Assembly (NCBI RefSeq): GCF_004010195.1
Contig: NC_057719.1
Coordinates: 20,632,870 to 20,696,869, forward strand
Source: Chiloscyllium plagiosum
Lineage: Eukaryota
Direction: 5' to 3'
Length of the DNA stretch: 64,000 bases
The notes under the pieces are model-generated. The model did no database searches. It was not told the DNA's origin and saw only the letters and a list, made by a program, of their open reading frames with translations. Shown in pieces: positions 1-10,800 of this stretch; positions within the stretch are counted from its first letter, which is position 1; each line of letters starts with the position of its first letter. Position numbers and translations under genes: made by a program.

Positions 1-192
1 TCACCTTGACCTCTTTCCATCTATCACATTTCCAACGCCCCTCCTCCATGTCCCTCCTCCCTACCTTTTATCTTCTCCTGCTGAACACTCTCTGCTCATT
101 CCTGAAGAAGGGCCTGTGCCCGAAACGTCGAATCTCCTGTTCCCTGGATGCTGCCTGACCTGCTGTGCTGTTCCAGCAATAAAGTTTCAACT
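1..192 (+). mobile_element. Penelope-like element 3' terminal repeat (pLTR) fragment, truncated by window start
   Basis: Pyrimidine-rich tract, then CCTGAAGAAGGGCCTGTGCCCGAAACGTCG...GATGCTGCCTGACCTGCTG...TCCAGCA; the same terminus follows the GIY-YIG region at 3420-3551 and 9236-9333. Confidence 0.85.
98..133 (+). ncRNA. Minimal type I hammerhead ribozyme motif in PLE terminus
   Basis: Stem I ATTC(98-101)/GAAT(130-133); CTGAAGA 102-108; extra A; stem II GGGC-ctgt-GCCC; GAAAC 122-126; GTC triplet 127-129; palindromic ACGT stem III. Confidence 0.8.
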
Positions 193-330
193 ATGGATCA
201 AGCCAGCAACCCTGATCCCATTGAAATAAATATTATTCTTAAAGTACTTTATAGGGTAAATGCCCTTCAAAATAGAGACTGTCACGAGATCTTTCCTTCC
301 ATTAGCACCTGGCTTATCTATTATTTCTGA

Positions 331-537
331 AGTCTTTGGAACTCTGCTGAACAGAGAGCTGTGGGCACAGAGTCCTTATGCGTCTTTAAGGCTGAGATAG
401 GTGGATTCTTGATCAACAGGGGAATCAAGAGTTATGGGGTAAGGGCAAGAACATGGATCAGCCATGATCCTATTGAATGGTGGAGCCAGCTTGAGGACCT
501 GAATGACCTTCTCATGTTCCTGGTTCTTGTGATCTTT
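331..537 (+). mobile_element. CR1-type LINE 3' end fragment (old)
   Basis: FKAEIGGFL-like ORF2 end, then GGATCAGCCATGATCCTATTGAATGG 3' UTR similar to the inverted copies at 22570 and 25970. Confidence 0.7.
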
Positions 538-819
538 GGGGTATTTATAGTGCCATGTGATGGAAAATATTGGTTTAAATTATCTGCCATTTCCTTGTGC
601 TCTCATTATTAATTCCCCAGTTGCATCCTCCATGGGTTGCACACACCTCTCCCACACTCCTGGAGCAACTCTCTTCCATTTCATAAATCCACATGCCTTG
701 TTAAACCAGCTAAACTCTGATAGAAAACTGTCTACTTCTCTGCTCTCACAGGGTGTCTAAAAGGAACAATTGATGAAATTTAGGTCATGCTCAGAGCCAA
801 TTAGCTGAAGTCAATACAG

Positions 820-1200
820 CAAATGAAGTATGCTTGAAGTATAGTTATATTGTAGGTAACCCATAAGCTAATTTGGACACAGCAACCTCACACAAAGGAA
901 CAATGTGATAATGGCCAGACACCTGCTTTTGGCAAACCCAATCGAGAGGTTAATTATTAGTGGCCAACATACAGAACAATCCTCTGCTTCTCATCAAAAT
1001 GTTGCAATTGGATTTTTACTGCCATTCAAAAGAGGAGGTGGCCCATTGGTTCAACAGCTCATCCAAAAGATAGCAACTCCAATGGCATAGCATTGTTCAG
1101 TATTGAACTGATGTGTCAGCCTGATTTTGTGCTCAGGTCCTAGAGTGGAATTTAAAGGCAGAACCATCTAGTCCAGTGGTGAAAGAATTACCAGCTGATG
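820..1200 (-). mobile_element. Degenerate SacSINE1-like (DeuSINE) SINE
   Basis: Reverse strand reads ...CACTCTAGGACCTGAGCACAAAATCAGGCTGACACATCAGTTCAATACTGAACAATGC...TTTTGGATGAGCTGTTGAACCA, resembling the shark DeuSINE body; related pieces at 25200 and 27520. Confidence 0.5.
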
Positions 1201-1539
1201 ATCATGGTTACCCCTCAGGTCATTCTGTGGGCTTGAAGTCACAATATGATAGACAGGATAAGGAAGATAGATTCCTTTCTCTTCACTGGATGGGTTATCA
1301 GAACAATCTGGCAATGACATAATTATTGTTACTACTAATTACTTCATATTTCAGATGTCCAAATGTCAGTAATATTTGAATTTAAATTTATTTAATATAT
1401 TTGCATTATAACATGATTCCAGATATCTTTAAGTGGAACAAAATTATTTTATATATCAGCTTTGGTGTTCCATGTCAATACTCAAAGAAAGTTAACACTT
1501 GAACCCAGCGGTTTTGATTCCAGACCCATCAACTAAATG

Positions 1540-3551
1540 CCGAGAGTCGAGAGTGTAGTGCTGGAAAAGCTCAGCAGGTCAGGCAGCATAGGAGGAGCTG
1601 GTGAATCGATGTTTCGGGTATAAGCCCTTCATCAGGAATGAGACTTGTGGGTTGGGCCTAAGAATAAATGGGGAGAAGGTAGCTGGGAAAATTATAGGTG
1701 GATGAAAGTGAGGGAGAAGGTGATAGGTCGGCGGGGGGGTGAAGTGATGGATGGGTCCAGAGGGCGGTGCTGAGTTGGAAGCTAATGAACCCCACACTGC
1801 CCGATTCTACCGCCTTCCTAAGATTCACAAACCTGACTGCCCTGGTCGACCCATTGTCTCAGCCTGCGCCTGTCCCACTGAACTCGTGTCTTCCTACCTT
1901 GACACGGTCCTGACCCCTTAGTCCAGGAACTCCCCACGTACTTTTGTGACACCACCCATGCCCTTCACCTCCTTCGTGATTTTTAGTTTCCCGTCTCATC
2001 TTCACGATGGACATCCAGTCCCTGTATGTATCGATCCACCACGACGAAAGTCTCAAGCACTCAGTTTCTTCTTCATGCCATCCCAACCAGTACCCTTCCA
2101 CCGATGCCCTCATCCGACTGGTTGAACTGGGCCTCACCCACAACAATTTCTCCTACCAAACTTCCCACTTCCTCCAAACCAAAGAGGTAGCCATTGGCAC
2201 CTGCATGGGACCCAGCTATGCCTGCCTGTTTGTCGGATATGTGGAACAGTCCATCTTCCGCAATTATACTAGGACCGCCCCCAACCTGTTCCTCTGCTAC
2301 ATCGACTGGACCTCTCCATCACGTCTCTGGTGACCGATTAACACAGACAGATACTCCAAGCCCACTGACTCCCACAGCTACCTAGACTACAACTCCTCTC
2401 ACCTTACCTCTTATAAAAACACCATTCTTTACTCCCAATTCCTTCACCTCTGTTGCATCTGTTCCCAGGATGACCAATTCCACCTCACACAGTCCCAGAC
2501 GGCCTCCTTCTTCCACAATCGCAATTTAATTTCCCACGTGGTTGATGATGTCCTCCAGCGCATCTCCTCCACTTCATGCACCACTGCCCTTGAACCCAAC
2601 TGCTTCCAACGCAACAAGGACAGAACTGCCCGGTCCTCACCTGACACCCCACCAACCTCTGCATACATCGCATCATGCTCCGCCACTTCTGCCATGTCCA
2701 AATGGACCCCACCACCAGAGATATATTTCCTTCCCCACCCCTATCTGTATTCCAAAAAGGGCATGCCCTCTGTGACTCCCTCGTCAGGTCCACACTCCCC
2801 ATTGGCCCACACTCCATTCCTGGCACCTTTCCCTGCTGCTGCAGGAAGTACAAAACCTGTGCCCACACCACTCCCCTTACGTCAGTCCAAGGCCCCAAGA
2901 GATCCTTCCATATCTGTCAGAAATTTACTTGCACTTCTACCAATAACTTCTACTGCATCCGTTGCACCTGGTGTGGTTGCCTCTACATCGGGGAGACAGG
3001 ATGCCTTCTTGCGGATCGTTTCAGAGAACATCTCTGGGACACCCGCACCCAACAACCCCACCGCCCTGTGGCAGAACACTTCAGCTTGCCCTTCCACTCT
3101 GTCATGGACATGCAAGTTGTAGGCCTCCTCCACCGCCAAACCGTAACCACCTGATGCCTGGAGGAAGAACGCCTCATATTCCGCCATTGGTCCCTGCAAC
3201 CACACGGGATAAATGTGGATTTCAACAGCTTCCTCATTTCCCCTCCCCCCACATTATCCCAGTCCCAAGCCTCCAACTCGGCACCGCCATCTGGACCCGT
3301 CCATCAATCTCCCTCTGATCTATCACCTTCTCCCTCGCCTTCATTCAACTATCACTTTCCCACTACCTTGCCCCCAGCCCCGCCTCCCTCCCATTTATCT
3401 CTCAGCCCCGACCCACAAACCTCATTCCTGATGAAGGGCTTATGCCTGAAAAGTCAATTCTCCTGCTCCTCAGATGCTGCCTGACCTGCTGTACATTTCC
3501 AGCACCACACTCTTGACTCTGATACTCCAGCATCTGCAGTCCTCACTTTTT
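1540..3551 (+). mobile_element. Penelope-like retroelement (Neptune-like), 5'-truncated, decayed RT plus GIY-YIG, with inverted pLTR at left end
   Basis: RT motifs [44 protein letters not shown]; Cys linker FPCCCRKYKTC; GIY-YIG YCIRCTWCGCLYIGETG...RFREH; 1540-1785 is reverse complement of the 3' end; TSD CCCATCAA(C/A)TAAATG at 1525-1539 and 3552-3566; frameshifted. Confidence 0.92.
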
Positions 3552-4051
3552 CCCATCAAATAAATGTGCGTGTTTTCAGGCTAGTATGACCAAAAGCAAA
3601 GTGACTTTTGATATGCGCTCAAGTAAACCCCAGTTAATGACAGCCATCTTTAGGCACCTGAACACAATTATCAGTATGGGGGTGGGATTGTATACTCTTG
3701 CAGTGGAATGGGAGTATCCTAATTTCCAGACCAGGAGGCTGGGTTTAATTCCCCTTGCACCAGGGGTGTATGATAACATTTCTGTACAGGTTGATTGGAA
3801 AATACTATATGGTAATTGCTCAGGATTACAGCCCATTATCCATTCACTGCTTTTAGTTGGCAATGTTAGCTCTGGAAAGCCCATGTATTCAAATGCAAGA
3901 TTTAGAGGCTGGTAAAGGCCTCTGACAGGAAGTGTTTATAAAGATATATATTTAAACACAAATATATGCTTACTCATTTTTAGCTTTAATCTGCAAATGG
4001 TCATTAATGCTTTTAGCATATTCCAATTGTTGAGGTTTGGTCTCCAATTTA

Positions 4052-4288
4052 TGGAGAAAGTGAGGACTGCAGATGCTGGAGATCAGAGCTGAAAATGTGT
4101 TGCTGGAAAAGCGCAGCAGGTCAGGCAGCAAACAGAAAGGTCTAGGAAGGGGAGGGAGGAGTCCGAGACTGTCCGAGACTGCACACCCCAGGTCATCTCC
4201 TCTGCACAGAAGCTCTTCAGCCACATTCTGAAGCAGACTCGTTACCACAGCCATATCTCCTTTCTCAGCACCTGCCTACGGAGACAGT
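4052..4288. mobile_element. PLE fragment: inverted pLTR end joined to probable N-terminal ORF segment
   Basis: GGAGAAAGTGAGGACTGCAGATGCTGG pLTR end; then + strand RDCTPQVISSAQKLFSHILKQTRYHSHISFLSTCLRRQ, resembling PLE ORF N-termini; 10-bp duplication GTCCGAGACT at the junction. Confidence 0.6.
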
Positions 4289-4575
4289 CTGTTGTTAAGG
4301 AGCTCTTTAATGTTGTCATCACATTACTCTTTGGCTCTGCCCTGTGGTCTCTTCCAGGTGACACCAGAGAACATGGGTGATGATCAACTGACAAAGGTGG
4401 TTCATGGTAAAACCCCATTTGCAGTACTGTGAGCAGCCTGGGCACCACACCTGAGGACGTATTGGCTTCCCTGCTTAGTTTGGCAGAAATAGTACATTAG
4501 ATGCTGTGCTTTTTAATTACTGATGCAAATTTTCAGGCAGTTGGAAATTTTGCTACCTACATGGCAAAACACCAT

Positions 4576-4894
4576 GGGCGGCATGGTGGCACAGTGGTTA
4601 GCACTGTTGCCTCACAGCGCCAGAGACCCGGGTTCAATTCCCGCCTCAGGCGACTCTCTATGTAGAGTTTGCACATTCTCCCCCGTGTCTGCGTGGGTTT
4701 CCTCTGGGTGCTCCGGTTTCCTCCCACAGTCCCCCCCAAAAAATGTGCAGGTTAGGTGAATTGGCCATGCTAAATTGCCTGTAGTGTTAGATGAAGGGGT
4801 AAATGTAGGGGAACGGGTCTGGGTGGGTTACAGGTAGGTGTGGATTTGTTGGGCCGAAGGGCCTGTTTCCACACTGTAAGTAATCTAATCTAAA
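4576..4894 (+). mobile_element. HE1-type V-SINE (tRNA-derived)
   Basis: A box TGGCACAGTGG, B box GGTTCAATTCC, V-domain GTGTCTGCGTGGGTTTCCTC...CCGGTTTCCTCCCACAGTCC, CR1-like tail GGGCCGAAGGGCCTGTTTCC and (AATCT)n end. Confidence 0.9.
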
Positions 4895-5505
4895 GGCTGT
4901 CCTATTGTAGCACTTCCAAATATATGCCCTCTGCTCCTAAATCCCACTACACCAATCCTCTGCATTAACAATGGCAAGTTTCTGTTAATTATTATATTGC
5001 CTGACTGTACCCTGACTGAGCACATATACACTTTCAATCTAGTTTTGGGGCCACCACACAATCAGGCTAATGCTAGTCAGAAAACGAGACGACGCTAACG
5101 CGTTCTGTTCCCATCTTCAGATATTAATCACCCGATATAACTGGGTTTTAAAATATATCCATAAAGATATATTTTTTGCTGGGTCACACTATAAATTGAA
5201 ACACTGATGTCAAGTAGCTCCCTTTGCGCAAATATGACCTATGAAAACATTCTTTTCCTGTATTTTCTTTGTCTTCCCCATTAAATGGTAAATGCACTTT
5301 GAGACAGAATAATTATTATGATTCCTAATGGAGACAGAAATCTTTTGTGCCCCACAATTGTCTGTGTAAAATGAATTGCTCAGCTGGGTATGTTTGTAAG
5401 TTAGAGTACACTCTTTCTTTGAAAAATGTCTCTCTGAGGGTTGTAGGAGCTAGTTTGGGGAGCAACAACAAAAGAGGAAAATCTTTGATTCACTAAGTTA
5501 TTTGC

Positions 5506-5586
5506 TGTGTGTATGTGTGTGTATGTGCGTGTGTCTGTCTGTGTCTGTGTGTATTTGTGTCTGTGTGTGTATGTGTCTGTGTGCGC
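5506..5586. repeat. Imperfect (TG)n microsatellite
   Basis: TGTGTGTATGTGTGTGTATGTGCGTGTGTCTGTC... Confidence 0.9.
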
Positions 5587-5925
5587 CTATCATTTCTTTC
5601 TATTTTTTTCAAGAAGATCTTCCAGCAGAGAATCTGGCACAGACAGATTAAAGAAGAGATGGGGTTTATATAGAAACATGAAAAGACAAGAGTGTCAGCT
5701 CAAGAAGACTTACTTCCTCCTTTATCACAGGAGAATTCGACCTCTGCAGGATAGCTTTACTTACAGAATGTGTCATGGCTAAAGGGCATGTGAGACATCC
5801 CATAGAAAACTATATTTTTTCCTTTATTTTCATGTTTAAATTCTGCTACTCATTAAAAATGAGCAATCTTGTGAGATGCAAGATTGTATTTCTAACATAT
5901 TCTGAATGCTCTGCATTGTATAGAT

Positions 5926-6343
5926 ATGATGTGGAGGGGCTGGTGTTAGACTGGGTGGACAAAGTTAAAAACCACACAACACCAGGTTATAGTCCAATAG
6001 ACTTATCTGGAAGTACTAGCTTTCGGAGCGCCGTTCCTTCATCAGGTAGCTGGTGGGACAGGATCATAGGACACAGAATTTATATTAAAAGATCACAGTG
6101 TCATACAATTTACATATTAATGAATTGAAACCTGCAACCAATTCTAAAAGATGAAAAACTTAATAGCAATCTAGATTTGTTCAATATATCACATGTTGTA
6201 TGGCATTATAATCTTTTGCTATAAATTCTGTGTCCTATGATCCTGCTCCACTAGCTATCTGACAAAAGAGCAGCACTCTGAAAGCTTGTACTTTCAAATA
6301 AACCTGTTGGACTATAACCTGGTATTGTGTGATTTTTAACTTC
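5926..6343. mobile_element. Fold-back PLE-terminus element, second family (AGCT-type hammerhead)
   Basis: Left arm 5960-6110 is reverse complement of right arm 6195-6343; same terminus as 52210-52315 and 48513-48543. Confidence 0.75.
6013..6048 (-). ncRNA. Minimal hammerhead ribozyme motif (AGCU stem III variant)
   Basis: Reverse strand TAC-CTGATGA-A-GGAAC-GGC-GCTCC-GAAAG-CTA-GTA; one mismatch in stem II. Confidence 0.6.
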
Positions 6344-7326
6344 ACATAGATAGTTCAGCTAAAGCTGCTACAAAGGAGTTGCAGATGAACTGTCTGTTTC
6401 TATCCATTTTGAATGGAGGAAAACATCAAATCCATTATGTTAAAGTTGGTGTTAATGCTCTTATAGTTATCTCTTCTTACTATAAAAATTGTCAAGGAAA
6501 GAACTCAGACGGGGGAAGGTAAAGCTACCTTCTAATTAGTCCTCTAAATGGGTCTGTAATGACAGCAGGTCTATAGGCTATGTTGGCAGCCTGCCTAGCT
6601 TTGCCCAGCTCAATCTCCAAACTTCCTGATGCTAAGAGATTAATGTTGCCTGCAAGGAAAACTATTGGGCCTGGCTCAGTGAGGCAATTATTATTGTGAA
6701 CTAACTTTCTGAGAGTTCTAATTCATGTGAATCGATTTAATAACTCTGGAATTGCTAAATCCAAACTTGTCCTTTCCTGTCCAGCTGTCCTTAATTTCTT
6801 GAGTGCTAATGTCTGTGGATGGAGTGGTTAAGCAATTCCCTGTGATTTAATTGTTTTGTTAATGAACCCTACCACTGATTTCAGCTTCAAGGTTTCTGCA
6901 ATGGTTTATTTCAAAATCCAAAAGAAAGAACTGGTGAACAGAATTTGCCCATCTCTGTAAAGAATGGGGCAAAAGGGAAAACAATAGATCCAGCGATATT
7001 TTGGGCTAAAGGGTTGAACAGTATTCTTAATTTGAATTCACCCCATTCACATTTGTCCGTGACAAATGTGCCCTGCAAAAATAATTGGCTCTGGAAATAA
7101 AACTGATATTACCTCTACTGTCTGTAAAGTTGAATGCACTCATGTGGCCACTGAATGTTTTGTTGCACTTTTAACAAACCAAAACTAGACAGAGGGAAAC
7201 TCTGCCCCATCATGATTTTCTTTTCTTTTGGATGTGATTTGAACATTACTACAATGGTAGCATTTTATTGTCCATCCCTAATCACTCTTGTGTGAGCAGC
7301 TTTCTAATGCAGTTTCACAGAGCATA

Positions 7327-7711
7327 TGTTATGTCTCATAGTCAACATGTCATTGTGCCTTTAAGAAGCATGCTCATGAGATCATCAAAGCCTCATAGCA
7401 TGTGACCTGAGGGTATAAAAGTCTCAAACTCCATCGTATTTGAGGAGGATCTAAAGTGTGGCACACAACTAGAAGTATAGACCTCTAGTATAACAGTGAA
7501 TATTAATAAAATAATGCCTAATAATAGTGTCTAATAACTATCAATGGTAATTATAATAGTTTGGTAGATAGTAGCCTGAACACTTATGTTCCTGTTAATG
7601 CAATGCTTCTACAATAGCTAACTAATAAACAGTCTGTTGGATTCTTCCATACTATGCGATCCATATCCAGTTTTGTATATTATAGTAGATAATATAAGTG
7701 TTATCATAAGA
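7327..7711 (+). mobile_element. Possible solo LTR
   Basis: Starts TGTTATG, ends CATAAGA (one mismatch to the inverted terminus); GGGTATAAAAG TATA-like box at ~7411; AATAAA at ~7624; flanks CATA/AATA; sits inside a decayed SINE. Confidence 0.4.
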
Positions 7712-8058
7712 AATAAAATACTCTTCTGGATGCAAAATTGACACCAGCAACTAAGACTAAACCACGTTGCCAAAGTTTTGAAGTCACATGTCAATTAGTC
7801 TGGGTATAGATGGCAAATATCATTCTCTAAACAAGAAAAGTTTCTGCAACAAACTTTCTGTGATCACCGGTATTGAGATTAACTTTCAATTCTAGATAAA
7901 ATTAACTGAATTTAAATTCCACCAGCAGTCATGATAGGCTTTGAGCCCATGAGTCCTGGGCCATTAGATTATTAACAAAATTACCATGATGCCATCATCT
8001 CCCAATAACAGTTACAGCCTGAAGTTCAGAAGAAGTAATTTGCTTTAATATTCCATAG

Positions 8059-9333
8059 GCGAAAATGAGGACCGCAGATGCTGGAGACCAGAGTTGAAAA
8101 ATGTGGCACTGGAAAAATGCAGCAGGCCAGGCAGCATCCAAGGAGTCCTTCTTCAGGAATGAGGCTGGTGTGCCAGCTATACCTGCCTCTTCGTCGGATA
8201 TGTGGAACAGTCCATCTTCCGCAGCCACACTGGCACCAACCCCACCTTTTCCTCCGCGACATCGATGATTGTATTGGCGCTACCTCGTACTCCTTGAACA
8301 GTTCATCCACTTTACTAACACCTTCCACCCTGACCTCAAATTTACCTGGACTGTCTCAGACTCCTCCCTCCCCTTCCTAGACGTCTCCATTTCTATCTCG
8401 GGCAACAGACTCAACACAGACATTTACTACAAACCGACCGACTCCCACAGCTACCTAGATTACACTTCCTCCCACCCTGCCCCCTGTAAAAACGCCATCC
8501 CATATTCCCAATTCCTTCACCTCTGCCATATCCGCTCCCAGGAGGACCAGTTCCACTACCAGTCCAAATAGCGTCCTTTTTCAAAGACTGCAATTTCCCC
8601 TCCGACGTGGTCAACGATGCTCTCCACCGCATCTCCTCCACTTCCCGCACCTCCGCCCTTGAAGTCAGATCCACACCCCCCACCAACCCAACCTTTACTC
8701 GCGGCACCTTCCCCTGCAACCGCAAGAAGTGCAAAACTTGCGCCGCACCTCCCCCCTCACATCCCTCCAAGGCCGCAATGGATCGTTCCATATCCATCGC
8801 AAATTCTCCTGCACTTCCACACATATCATTTACTGTATCTGCTGCACCCGATGTGGTCTCCTCTACATTGGGGAGACAGGCCGTCAACTTGCGGAACGTT
8901 TCAGGGAACACCTCTGGGACACCCGCACCAACCAACCCAACCACCCTGTGGCTGAACACTTTAACTCTCCCTCCCTCTCCGCCAAAGACATGCAGGTCCT
9001 TGGCCTCCTGCATCGCCAGATCCTGGCCACATGACGCCTGGAGGAAGAGCGCCTCATCTTCCGCCTAGGAACCCTCCAACCACACGGGATGAATGCAGAT
9101 TTCTCCAGCTTCCTCATTTCCCCTCCCTCCACCTTATCTCAGTCCCAACCCCCGGATTCAGCACCGCCCTCTTCCCAGTGCCCCTCCCCCAAATCCCTGC
9201 CCCACCTTTTATCTCGGCTCGCTTGGCACACCAGCCTCATTCCTGAAGAAAGGCTTATGCCTGAAATGTCGATTCTCCTGCTCCTCGGATGCTGCCTGGC
9301 CTGCTGCATTTTTCCAGCACCACACTTTTCAAT
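8059..9333 (+). mobile_element. Penelope-like retroelement fragment (Neptune-like) with inverted pLTR
   Basis: CLFVGYVEQ, FLRDIDD, LPFLDV, YYKPTDSHSYL, YCICCTRCGLLYIGETGRQLAERFREH; inverted terminus 8059-8177; perfect 15-bp TSD TTTAATATTCCATAG at 8044-8058 and 9334-9348. Confidence 0.92.
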
Positions 9334-9557
9334 TTTAATATTCCATAGTCCATCAAAACTGGTCAACTTTAAGACTTCAGGGTGTCCTCTACATAAAGAT
9401 GAAGGGTGTTTGACTGCCTTCTATAGGTATCTCTCCTTCTTGGTTAAATGCTGCCTGCCACTAACAATAAAATGATGATGCAGCGGCATAGATAATTTTT
9501 TTTTCTCTCTCTAACTCTCCTAACTTCCATACTACTGCCTAACTATGGTAGTACTTA

Positions 9558-10800
9558 TGAATGTAGGTTTGCTCGCTGAGCTGAAAGGTTCATTTTCAAA
9601 CGTTTTGTTACCTTACTAGCTAATATCTTCAGTGGACCTCTTGCAAAGCAATGCTGAAAATTCCTGCTTTCTATTTATATGTTTGGGTTTCTTCGGGGTT
9701 GGTGATGCCATTTCCTGTGATGATGTTATTTCCTGTGGTGAAGTCACTTCCTGTTCCTTTTCTCAGGGGGTGGAAGATGGAGTCTAACTCGATGTGTTTG
9801 TTGATAGAGTTCCGGTTGGAATGCCATACTTCTAGGAATTCTCGTGCATATCTTTGTTTGGCTTGTCCTAGGATGAATGTGTTGTTCCAGTCGATGTGGT
9901 GTCCTTACTCATCCATATGTAAGGATACTAGTGAGAGAGGATCATGTCTTTTTGTGGCTAGTAGGGTGAAAATTCTCGGGTGAAAAAGCAAACGCACTAT
10001 TTACAGATACCAACACTTACTAACAAGTGGTGGTAGACCCTACCCCACAACTAGAGAACCAAATCACAGCCCTACTCAAAAAACTTCAGAAATCTGGACA
10101 AATAAATAAGACCGACTTCCAAAAAATGAAACCAGATGGATCCAACACACCACGCTTCTACAGATTACCCAAAATTCACAAACCAGGAGCCTCCCTCAGA
10201 CCCATAGTCTCGCTGCCTGGAACACCAACTTACAGAATGGCCAAGGAACTAGACCAAAGACTAAAACACTTAGTAGAAGACTCACACCACTCCATCCAGT
10301 CCACCCAAGAATTCTTGAAGACCATCAAAGACACTAAGATAGAAGAGGATGAAATAATGGTCTCCTTTGATGTAACAGCCCTGTTTGCTTCAATCAACAT
10401 TAACCTGGCCAAGGAAACACTGACTACACAATTAGAAGACCCAAAAACACACACACCAAACACCACTAACTTCATCAACAAGGAGAATATCATCAAGCTA
10501 GTGGACCTATGCCTTACCACCCACTTCACCTTCAACAATAAAACTGACAGACAAACCAATGGAACACCTATAGGATCTCCGATATTGGGGTTCTTAGCAG
10601 AGGCAGTAATGCAGAGACTTGAGCAAACAGCTCTGCCAACCATCCAACCCAAACTCTGGGTCCGTTACGTCGTCACTAAATGAAACAAATTAGAGGAAAC
10701 CTTCAAGACCATTAATAATACCCTTACTGGCATAAAATTCACTAAAGAGGAGGAAAACAACAACAAACTGCCATTTCTAGATGTCACAGTTTATCAAAAC
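9558..10800. mobile_element. Penelope-like retroelement, second clade (Poseidon-like), with internal inversion
   Basis: 10027-10683 + encodes [47 protein letters not shown], then KLPFLDV; 9558-9965 is the 3' end on the minus strand (AREFLEVWHSNRNSINKH) with degraded hammerhead CTGAAGA...AAACGTTT. Confidence 0.88.

Noticed and set aside
4576..4650. tRNA genes at A/B-box sites (also 12960, 29150, 44364, 53650)
   Set aside because: They are tRNA-derived SINE heads continuing into V-domain and LINE tail
5150..5175. 10-bp hairpin AAAATATATC/GATATATTTT
   Set aside because: Short, low-complexity and AT-rich; expected by chance
5507..5782. Cys/Val-rich ORF (also the His/Thr-rich ORFs at 51633-52313)
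   Set aside because: Translation of TG/CA microsatellite
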